Assembly: GCA_964016885.1 (NCBI GenBank)
Contig: OZ024741.1
Coordinates: forward strand, 263,996,001-264,060,000
Reading direction: 5' to 3'
DNA from: Eledone cirrhosa
Lineage: Eukaryota
DNA: 64,000 nt
Part shown: piece by piece, positions 1 to 10,228 of the stretch
Position numbering within the stretch: the stretch's first letter is position 1
Layout of the letters: each line of letters opens with the position of its first letter
Translations under genes and position numbers: made by a program
The notes under the pieces: generated by a model
Databases searched by the model: none
What the model saw: only the letters and a program-made list of their open reading frames with translations
Told to the model about the DNA's origin: nothing

Positions 1-2547
1 TCATCTGAATTATTGAGCCCTCTGCCGCTCATATCGGATTTCGTTTTTCGTTAACTCGTGCGCCGATTTTTCGATACTCGATCTTTCTAATATATTTAGC
101 TCTGGACATAGCTATCCACCAGTTAATTTTATTGCTCATATTTTGTCGATTCTATTGAGTGATGAATAGCTTTTGTTTTATTTTAACATGTCTATTGAGC
201 ACTCTAATTCGATATGTGTATTTCCATATTCACTCGAATTATTTTCGCGGATATAGGGGTCATCTCCCTTGTCTAATGCCATGTGCGTTTTTCACCGCTA
301 GTTGACTCCTTTGCCGCCAGGATAAAACTCGTTGACAACGTAAATTCCTTTCCACTTATTCTAGTAGGCTTTTATATTTATATGTGAGCTGATAGAGTAC
401 TGTCTTAGGATTTACAGAAACCCATGAAGCTAGATTTAACACCTTTCTAGTGGGTCCGGGTATGATTTTACATTCATTTAAATTATTGACGTATTGTTTT
501 ATTGATATTTTTTATCTGTTTGGCCCGAATCTTCCTTTATCGATTTTAAATCGTATGGTTGATTGTAGACTTGTTCTATATGTGACGGTATTTTAACGAT
601 AGTTATAGCTCTGATTCATCTGAATTATTGAGCCCTCTGCCGCTCATATCGGATTTCGTTTTTCGTTAACTCGTGCGCCGATTTTTCGATACTCGATCTT
701 TCTAATATATTTAGCTCTGGACATAGCTATCCACCAGTTAATTTTATTGCTCATATTTTGTCGATTCTATTGAGTGATGAATAGCTTTTGTTTTATTTTA
801 ACATGTCTATTGAGCACTCTAATTCGATATGTGTATTTCCATATTCACTCGAATTATTTTCGCGGATATAGGGGTCATCTCCCTTGTCTAATGCCATGTG
901 CGTTTTTCACCGCTAGTTGACTCCTTTGCCGCCAGGATAAAACTCGTTGACAACGTAAATTCCTTTCCACTTATTCTAGTAGGCTTTTATATTTATATGT
1001 GAGCTGATAGAGTACTGTCTTAGGATTTACAGAAACCCATGAAGCTAGATTTAACACCTTTCTAGTGGGTCCGGGTATGATTTTACATTCATTTAAATTA
1101 TTGACGTATTGTTTTATTGATATTTTTTATCTGTTTGGCCCGAATCTTCCTTTATCGATTTTAAATCGTATGGTTGATTGTAGACTTGTTCTATATGTGA
1201 CGGTATTTTAACGATAGTTATAGCTCTGATTCATCTGAATTATTGAGCCCTCTGCCGCTCATATCGGATTTCGTTTTTCGTTAACTCGTGCGCCGATTTT
1301 TCGATACTCGATCTTTCTAATATATTTAGCTCTGGACATAGCTATCCACCAGTTAATTTTATTGCTCATATTTTGTCGATTCTATTGAGTGATGAATAGC
1401 TTTTGTTTTATTTTAACATGTCTATTGAGCACTCTAATTCGATATGTGTATTTCCATATTCACTCGAATTATTTTCGCGGATATAGGGGTCATCTCCCTT
1501 GTCTAATGCCATGTGCGTTTTTCACCGCTAGTTGACTCCTTTGCCGCCAGGATAAAACTCGTTGACAACGTAAATTCCTTTCCACTTATTCTAGTAGGCT
1601 TTTATATTTATATGTGAGCTGATAGAGTACTGTCTTAGGATTTACAGAAACCCATGAAGCTAGATTTAACACCTTTCTAGTGGGTCCGGGTATGATTTTA
1701 CATTCATTTAAATTATTGACGTATTGTTTTATTGATATTTTTTATCTGTTTGGCCCGAATCTTCCTTTATCGATTTTAAATCGTATGGTTGATTGTAGAC
1801 TTGTTCTATATGTGACGGTATTTTAACGATAGTTATAGCTCTGATTCATCTGAATTATTGAGCCCTCTGCCGCTCATATCGGATTTCGTTTTTCGTTAAC
1901 TCGTGCGCCGATTTTTCGATACTCGATCTTTCTAATATATTTAGCTCTGGACATAGCTATCCACCAGTTAATTTTATTGCTCATATTTTGTCGATTCTAT
2001 TGAGTGATGAATAGCTTTTGTTTTATTTTAACATGTCTATTGAGCACTCTAATTCGATATGTGTATTTCCATATTCACTCGAATTATTTTCGCGGATATA
2101 GGGGTCATCTCCCTTGTCTAATGCCATGTGCGTTTTTCACCGCTAGTTGACTCCTTTGCCGCCAGGATAAAACTCGTTGACAACGTAAATTCCTTTCCAC
2201 TTATTCTAGTAGGCTTTTATATTTATATGTGAGCTGATAGAGTACTGTCTTAGGATTTACAGAAACCCATGAAGCTAGATTTAACACCTTTCTAGTGGGT
2301 CCGGGTATGATTTTACATTCATTTAAATTATTGACGTATTGTTTTATTGATATTTTTTATCTGTTTGGCCCGAATCTTCCTTTATCGATTTTAAATCGTA
2401 TGGTTGATTGTAGACTTGTTCTATATGTGACGGTATTTTAACGATAGTTATAGCTCTGATTCATCTGAATTATTGAGCCCTCTGCCGCTCATATCGGATT
2501 TCGTTTTTCGTTAACTCGTGCGCCGATTTTTCGATACTCGATCTTTC

Positions 2548-2555
<8 letters not shown>
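1..2555. repeat. 615-bp tandem satellite, ~4.15 copies visible (continues off the left edge)
   Basis: TCATCTGAATTATTGAGCCC recurs at 1, 616, 1231, 1846 and 2461. Copies look identical by eye. The last copy stops at ...ATCTTTCTAATATAT, where it runs into (TA)n. Confidence 0.98.
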
Positions 2556-2585
<30 letters not shown>

Positions 2586-2602
2586 ATATGAATATATATA
2601 TA
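2551..2602. repeat. (TA)n microsatellite, imperfect
   Basis: Seen directly. Confidence 0.95.
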
Positions 2603-2708
2603 ATGCAGCAAAAAACCTCTGGCGTCAGAAATAAAATGATTGAATGAATTAATTCTACAATCTAATAATAAGAATTACTCACCCGCCACCCTCGCCCCAC
2701 ACCAACCT

Positions 2709-2710
<2 letters not shown>

Positions 2711-2784
<74 letters not shown>
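2711..2784. repeat. (CA)n microsatellite
   Basis: Seen directly; produces the THTH and VCVC ORFs. Confidence 0.98.
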
Positions 2785-2789
<5 letters not shown>

Positions 2790-3283
2790 AAGAAACTAAA
2801 AAGGATAAAGGGACTTCGAAATAGCAGAAACACTCGCGATTTCTCAGATCCTGCATCCCATTTCTATGAGCTGATATTGAAAATAACATCGGGATGTAAT
2901 TAAATCTTACTACATATCGCATTGATTATTATTTTAAGCTGTAATTTACTGTTGCTAATATATCAATAAAACCACAGAAAAGCAAGCTCGACAATACGAC
3001 TGAAGAGAAAGGATGTGCTAGACAAGTAAATAGTTCTGTATTGTTTGGGTTATTTTTGATGTAATTTTAAAAAATAAATCTATAAATTCTTTTTTTTTTC
3101 TTCTCCAACTTTCATTTGGATAATTATCAACAAGATTTAATAACCATTCACTTGTTATGATATTATTAGTCACGTACGGAAAAGTCATCAATTACCATAG
3201 ACCGACAGCACGTCACTGATTGCAAATTATCGATCGGAGAGTGGATACCAGTCACATTATAGGCGGCTAATAGGATAGAATAC

Positions 3284-3492
3284 ACTACATCCTTTAAAAC
3301 CCTCATGCTTCCCGAAATTCGCCAAAACTACACCTGATGTACCCCTTCCATACACATGCACACATGTGTATATCCGGACTCATGCACAGTTCATTTTCCT
3401 GACGTTTGTACATTACCTATGTATTATACATACACTTGTTGATGAGTTGTAGTGCACCTGAGCACTGTACACAATATTTTCATTATTATTAT
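3284..3492 (+). mobile_element. 3' end of a CR1/L2-like LINE (ORF2 C-terminal remnant, 3' UTR and (ATT)n tail)
   Basis: 3284-3337 translates TTSFKTLMLPEIRQNYT*, resembling the 'SFK' C-terminus of CR1-type ORF2. It is followed by a UTR ending GTGCACCTGAGCACTGTACACAATATTTTCATTATTATT. Similarity to an Octopus LINE 3' end is recalled, not database-verified. Confidence 0.65.
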
Positions 3493-3514
3493 TTCAATAC
3501 TTTGGATATTCATT

Positions 3515-3617
3515 CCGGCTCTCTGTTCTGTCAGTTCAAATCCCACCGAGGTCAATTTTGCCTTTCATCCATTCGAGGTCGATAAAAAAAGTACCAGTAT
3601 TGTGCTGGAGGTTGATT
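3515..3617 (+). mobile_element. 5'-truncated tRNA-derived SINE fragment with conserved core
   Basis: B-box-like GTTCAAATCC at 3534, then GAGGTCAATTTTGCCTTTCATCCATTCGAGGTCGATAAAAAAAGTACCAGT. Homologous to the minus-strand SINE at 4905-5088. The core resembles the MetaSINE-type domain (recalled). Confidence 0.85.
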
Positions 3618-3649
3618 ATTCCTCTCAATATATTTTCTCACTTCCATTC

Positions 3650-3880
3650 TCTTAATCTCTTGAGCCTTTTCTGGAAGAAATCTGCAGTATTCAGACCTGG
3701 AGAGGAGATGGGCTCTGGTAGGTTTTTAAAATGTCCTAGATACACCGTAAGTCAATACAGCCCCTCTACGACTTCCTCGGGAGTTAGGGATCCATCCATA
3801 CATACAATCATTAGGTGCCATTGTGTAGCATCTTGGGCATTTGTCATTTACCATAGTCCCTGGTTCACCAAAAATTTAGA
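3650..3880 (-). pseudogene. Possible decayed LINE ORF2 fragment (endonuclease-RT linker)
   Basis: A minus-strand frame with stops gives ...DGSLTPEEVVEGL...SSPGLNTADFFQK, loosely like the 'IT.EEV..AL...KSPG.DG..AEFY' linker. The match is weak. Confidence 0.25.
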
Positions 3881-4059
3881 GTGACATTACGTGAACAAGA
3901 ACTATTTGGAAGCCCGTCGGGTAGAATACTGTACCCTTAATTCAAAAGGACCGCTGTCACACGCTGTCACGCCGAATCTCCCTTTGAATAAACGTCTCTG
4001 TACCAAGGCACCTCATCTGGCGTTCATATAAATATGTCAGTTCACCGCCTTACGTCCCT

Positions 4060-4175
<116 letters not shown>

Positions 4176-4313
4176 AAGGTTAAACAAGGTTCAATGAATA
4201 AATCAAAGAATGAGTTTTACAATAGATTGGAAGCACTCAACAGAATTGGTTTTCCGGAGTTCTTAATATTAATTCAAAATATCAACAAAAATAGACATTC
4301 TTGTGATCAAGTA

Positions 4314-4380
4314 TATTTTATTATACACATTTCAGAGGTACTGAGCTAACTTCAACAGTACGTCCTCATCAGATAAAATA
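4314..4380 (-). ncRNA. Minimal type I hammerhead ribozyme motif (family A, left copy)
   Basis: Minus strand reads TATTTTAT-CTGATGA-GGACGTACTG[ttgaagttagct]CAGTACCTCT-GAAA-TGTGTA-TA-ATAAAATA. It has a perfect 8-bp stem I, a stem II, both core motifs and an AUA cleavage triplet. Confidence 0.75.
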
Positions 4381-4904
4381 TGTCTGTTTGCAGACACTTT
4401 AAATATGATACTACTATATAAATCTTTAAAAAAATTTTCTTGTATTTTTAAATTATATAGCTTGGATATTGGGCACTTTTATGATCGCAAACAATTCACC
4501 TTTTTACTTTGAATCTGGTTCTTATCCTTATGATTCATGAAGTTTGACTTGTATATTTATAGTATATATGTATTACATGATCCTATTATAATAATTGATC
4601 TAAAACCTTAATTTTTAACAATATTATCAGTAACTTATTCATTGTATTGTATTATGTTATATGTAACTGATAGATATCGTCTTAATCTTTAGACAATATA
4701 ATCTTTGTTTATATTTAGACAAATGCATATATCTAATTTAATAATAAACATTTTTTTATAAGTTTAATTATATGTATGGCCTTTAGATGCTTTAAGGCAT
4801 TCTAATTGTTAATCTTAATTTTTATAGTTATAAATAATTATTTTCTAAATTATATAATGTGAATTATTTTCAATATAATATAAATAATTAAATATAATAT
4901 AATT

Positions 4905-5088
4905 GTTTCTACTTTTGGCACAAGGCCAGCAATTACCCAGTGCATTACTGGTACTTTATTTTATCGACCCCGTAAGGATGAAAGGCAAAGTCAACCTCGG
5001 CGGGATTTGAACTCAGACCGTAAAGGGACTTAACTATGCTGGAAAGCATGGCGTCCGACCCTCTACCGATACTGCCAATCCACCGCCC
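4905..5088 (-). mobile_element. tRNA-derived SINE, near full length, with probable 16-bp TSD
   Basis: Minus strand: GGCGGTGGATTGGCAGTATCGG (A-box-like), GAGTTCAAATCC (B box), then core GAGGTTGACTTTGCCTTTCATCCTTACGGGGTCGATAAAATAAAGTACCAGT. Flanked by ATTAAATATAATATAA (4887-4902) and ATTAAACATAATATAA (5091-5106). Confidence 0.9.
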
Positions 5089-5090
5089 TT

Positions 5091-5164
5091 ATTAAACATA
5101 ATATAAATTAAATATAATATAATAAATATTAAATATAATATAAATTAAATATAATATAATAAAA
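5091..5164. repeat. AT-rich minisatellite based on ATTAAATATAATATAA
   Basis: About 4 imperfect copies right of the SINE; the motif also occurs left of it. Confidence 0.8.
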
Positions 5165-5952
5165 TTTAATAAGGATTACCTTCGTGAGGATGAAAATATT
5201 ATATCTTCTTTCTCATGTTTGCAAATAGTTTAAATATGATTTCATAAAATATGACTTTATAAATTAAATATGATAGTATACTTTAATATTAATACAGATA
5301 TTTATAAACTTTTATAGCCTGAAATATTATACAGTTTGATTAATTAATTATTCTGAACTAACTTAAATGATTTGAAAGTTAACGGTCAGCCGGATACGTT
5401 TGGATATATATAGTATATATAACTAATTAACTAAGGACTGGAAATTAAACCTTCACATAATTACACCCAGTTATATTTAAGATTTAGATTGATGAATACT
5501 TCTAGATAATTCAATAATTCAAAGATTCGAGTTTATTCTTTCGAAAAGCTATGCCCAAATGTATAGTTCTGTATAGATATATATAATTCATCCCTCCCTA
5601 TTTTTTACACTTAAAAATTATTCCTCTTTGTCTCTCTTTCCTTGATCAATTCCCGTTTGCTCTCTATACTTCTACTAGCTATATTATCCCCTCATCTGTT
5701 TTCTCTCTGTGTTTCTTCTTTCTTTCCTCTTTCTTCAATAATTTAAATTATTTGAATCTCTAACAGTTATGTAAATTGCTGTTATGTATTTTTAAGCTTT
5801 CTCACACGCACCCTCTATATTATATGTATTATATGTAAGTTTTTTCATGTTTCAATCTTAAGGTATATAAATATTGAGTTTTGTCATATCTTACTCACTA
5901 CCATGACTGAATCTTAACCATCTACTATGTCAGGGTATGTCATGCATCATCT

Positions 5953-6019
5953 TATTTTATCTGATGAGGACGTACTGTTGAAGTTAGCTCAGTACCTCTG
6001 AAATATGTATAATAAATTA
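5953..6019 (+). ncRNA. Minimal type I hammerhead ribozyme motif (family A, right copy)
   Basis: TATTTTAT, CTGATGA (5961), stem II 5968-5999, GAAA (6000), TATGTA, TA, ATAAATTA. Stem I has one mismatch. Confidence 0.72.
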
Positions 6020-6256
6020 TACTTGATCACAAGAATGCCTATTTTTGTTAATATTTTGAATTAATATATATATATATTGACAGCATATATATGTGTAGGT
6101 ATGTATATTCCCTCTGATAGTTTGTAAAACTTTTACATAGATCTATATGATATACATACCAACACACACATATATATCCTAGAAACGATCGTAAAATGAT
6201 GAATTTTTTAATATAAGGAACTGTTTCTTTGTTTTTATTCATTGTTTTTATTAATT

Positions 6257-6300
6257 TATATATATACATATATGTATATATATGTATATATATATGTAAA

Positions 6301-6375
<75 letters not shown>
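6257..6375. repeat. (TA)n microsatellite
   Basis: Seen directly; pure from ~6303. Confidence 0.95.
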
Positions 6376-6381
<6 letters not shown>

Positions 6382-6425
6382 AAGTTAAATAAAAGTCAAA
6401 TGATTAAAATTTAGCTTCGTTTATT

Positions 6426-6480
6426 ACTGCTATATATATTTCAGTGGCAGCCATCTTTGGCTGTGACCTCTTCAGGCAGT
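6426..6480 (-). ncRNA. Minimal type I hammerhead ribozyme motif (family B, left copy)
   Basis: Minus strand reads ACTGC-CTGAAGA-GGTCACAGCCA[aaga]TGGCTGCCACT-GAAA-TATATA-TA-GCAGT, then AATAAA. Confidence 0.8.
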
Positions 6481-6703
6481 TAAAATTAGTATGGTATAGA
6501 CAAGTACATATGTTGTTTAGGTGTATAATATTGTCAACACTCTGATATGCCCAGTTCCTTGTTTGGTTGTTAATTCACTGAGGAACTGGAGTCATATGTT
6601 CCTCAGTGAAATAACAACCCAACCAGGAACTGGGCATATCAGAGTGTTGACAATATTATACACCTAAACAACATATGTACTTGTCTATACCATACTAATT
6701 CAA

Positions 6704-6758
6704 ACTGCCTGAAGAGGTCACAGCCAAAGATGGCTGTCACTGAAATATATATAGCAGT
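6704..6758 (+). ncRNA. Minimal type I hammerhead ribozyme motif (family B, right copy)
   Basis: Stem I ACTGC (6704) pairs with GCAGT (6754). CTGAAGA at 6709; stem II ACAGCCA/TGGCTGT with an AAGA loop; GAAA at 6742; palindromic stem III ATATATAT. Cleavage predicted after A6753; AATAAA at 6759. Confidence 0.85.
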
Positions 6759-6904
6759 AATAAACGAAGCTAAATTTTAATCATTTGACTTTTATTTAAC
6801 TTTATTTTACACTACTCCGGAGTAACCAAACCAACCTGCGCACTTCGTCGAGTGCTCCAGCCTGCATACTGAGGTGTTGGTATACAACCAACATAAACTC
6901 AAAA

Positions 6905-7852
<948 letters not shown>

Positions 7853-7913
7853 TCAAATAGCTCTGATTATTTAATTTATTGAATTTTCATTGAGCCAATT
7901 TGTATACATATAT

Positions 7914-7959
7914 GTATGTACGTGTACATACTTATATTTAAGTATGTACACGTACATAC
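7914..7959. repeat. Perfect hairpin with 21-bp arms
   Basis: GTATGTACGTGTACATACTTA-tatt-TAAGTATGTACACGTACATAC. Confidence 0.92.
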
Positions 7960-7974
7960 TTATATTTAAGTACC

Positions 7975-9160
7975 GCACCTCCCCCTTTGCCCATCCCACA
8001 ACTAACAATACTAACACCCCACCCACCCCTCAGCCCTCCCCCAACCTACAATACTAACATCTCCATCTCTCCCCCTAACCGCACACACCCACCTGAACAT
8101 ATATACACGCACTCACAGTACCCTCACACCCTACTACCACCACTAACCCTCACCCACACATCCACTCCGACCACCCCACAACTAACATCACTAACCTCCC
8201 CCCGACCCCACGCTCACGAACACACACCATCACGAACACACACCTATAAACACCACCCACTCGACACACCCAACCACCACTAACCCCCACTACACACCCG
8301 CTTTCCACCCTTTCCCCACCACACGGAATACTAACACCCACTAACACACCCTTTACCACACACACACTCATCCAAACACGCACACACACACCAGTACACC
8401 CCACTCCCCCCTCTTCCCCCCTCTCTCTCTCCCTCTCCCCGCTCCCTCTACACCCCTTCACACACACACATCCCACTAACACCTCTACTAATACACACCC
8501 CGTCACCCCACTTTACCACCTTCCTCCTCCACCCTTCACACCGATCCATCCTCTCCCCTGTCCACCGCACCTCCGCACACACAGACACACACACAGTCCA
8601 CACCACACTGACCTTACTCCCCCTGTCATCCAGCTCTGCTGCTATTTCCTCCTCCTCCTCCTCCTCCTCCTCCTCCTCCTCGTCTACTTCTATCTCTTCA
8701 CCTTGCCTTGACCCTCTGACCACTTCCTGTTGCGCGCGCACCCCACTTCCCTCCACTTCCGACCACCACCAACATTGGATTCCACAGCACCGGACACTTC
8801 TCCAGCCATCCACTCCATACCATGGCAAATATCCCGCATCTCTTCTCACACTCGATGGAACTACCTCAGGAACTTACCCACGAACATACACGCACATTTT
8901 TTTTTCGCCCCACACCACCTACATCCACACCACATATGAACACAAACACACACGTGCGTACCCCCACTTATATACACTCTCAACCTCCGGAATCCAGAAC
9001 ATGGAACCTCGTCCTTTTTCTGACATACACACACACACACACTCACGTACACCTACACACATACACAAATACCACCTTCAGCCTTCCCTGCTTCGACCCC
9101 CCGCCTCCCTCGCCCAACTCCACCCGCCACCACCCTTACACGCCTCACACCCTTCCACCA
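7975..9160. repeat. C/A-rich, strand-asymmetric low-complexity tract including (TCC)n at ~8648-8681
   Basis: Very few G on the + strand; recurrent ACTAACA and CACACCC motifs. Confidence 0.85.
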
Positions 9161-9402
9161 ACTGCTTATCTTATTGTTAATTCCTATGTTTATTTTTACG
9201 TTTATTTTTATTTTTATTTTTATTTGTTCTCCTTCCCCCTTATTTCTAAATGTATTTCCTCACACCCTCGGAACTCTCTTCCTAACCTATTTATCCTGAA
9301 GAAGGGCTTATGCTCGAAACGCCCCCCCCCCCCACTCTCAAGAGCGTGAACCTAATAAACCTTTATTTGTCTGCCTCTCTGTTTTGTTCCCGTCTAAATT
9401 TG

Positions 9403-9406
<4 letters not shown>

Positions 9407-9463
<57 letters not shown>

Positions 9464-9534
9464 CTTTTTTGTTCTTTTTCTGTGTTATATATATATATAT
9501 ATATATATATTTTCTTTTTTTTTCTTTTTCTGTG

Positions 9535-9604
<70 letters not shown>

Positions 9605-9620
9605 CACAGAAAAAAGAGAA
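9407..9620. repeat. (TA)n tracts with a duplicated 50-bp unit and inverted flank
   Basis: TTCTTTTTCTGTGTTA(TA)n occurs in two units starting at 9461 and 9511; its inverse TAACACAGAAAAA is at 9602. Confidence 0.9.
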
Positions 9621-9624
9621 TCAG

Positions 9625-10124
9625 TGTTGCGACGAAAGGAATTTATTGGACATATTACAATTGTTTCTCGGGCGACCAGCTCGAGGCACGATCGATGTGG
9701 TGATCAAACCTGACTCTGAAATCACTCGGTTGTCGGATACGTCTCGATTCTACGAAGCAGATTTTCCTATTGTCCTTTAACATCGAATTTCTTCGTTTGT
9801 TGATTTAGATCCTGTTGTTGTCATTCCATGAGTGGTCAAGAATTGTACACGTCACCAGTATTTCTAGCCACTCATGGTTGCCCACTGCTTGCTTCCTCTC
9901 GTTCACGACCTGTCAATCCAAATTTCTTCATTATCAGAATTACTACTGTGGTGGGAGAGGGGCTGTAATCTTGAACGGTTGGCATCACTTCGACGTCTTC
10001 ATTGCCCCTAGGCATCGGTCAGGCACGCACCCGCAATTATGCTGTATGCGGCATTCATCATAAATAATGTTTTGCGGGAATTTAAAAAAAAAACAAACAA
10101 TCCATAGGGATATTTAGCGTAACA
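9625..10124 (-). mobile_element. Possible solo LTR (~500 bp)
   Basis: Minus strand begins TGTTACG and ends CGCAACA (imperfect terminal inverted repeat, TG...CA). AATAAA lies ~17 nt before the end. No matching TSD. Confidence 0.3.
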
Positions 10125-10170
10125 TTTGTAGAACACAGCCTTAGGATACACTCCACCATACATATTTCAA

Positions 10171-10228
10171 AAAGAAAAGGAAAAAGAAAAAGAAAAAGAA
10201 AAAGAAAAAGAAAAAGAAAAAGAAAAAA
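10171..10228. repeat. (AAAAAG)n microsatellite
   Basis: Seen directly. Confidence 0.95.

Larger units (their letters stand above)
4266..6067. mobile_element. Penelope-like element remnant bounded by 115-bp inverted repeats (inverted pseudo-LTR ends)
   Basis: 4266-4380 is the reverse complement of 5953-6067, with ~4 mismatches. Each arm carries a hammerhead motif and AATAAA, 3' ends pointing outward. The interior is AT-rich with no intact ORF. Confidence 0.7.
6375..6809. mobile_element. 435-bp palindrome: two inverted Penelope-like pseudo-LTR fragments
   Basis: Arms 6375-6586 and 6598-6809 are 212 bp each with ~6 mismatches, around an 11-nt spacer TGGAGTCATAT. Each arm has a hammerhead followed by AATAAA. 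The palindrome is certain; the Penelope assignment is inferred. Confidence 0.8.

Noticed and set aside
389-430. CTGATAGA...GAAAC in the 615-bp unit as a hammerhead
   Set aside because: The core has an extra base, and convincing stems I-III cannot be formed.
2670-2690. Strong minus-strand splice donor (CGG|GTGAGT)
   Set aside because: Isolated motif with no supportable exon or ORF; it would need RNA data.
3920-3992. Possible SINE 3' fragment with an ATTCAAA...TTTGAAT hairpin
   Set aside because: Only a vague recalled similarity, and too short to support without a database search.
4338-4348. GTACTGAGCT shared between hammerhead A stem II and the 81-bp satellite
   Set aside because: A 10-bp match with no extension, compatible with chance.
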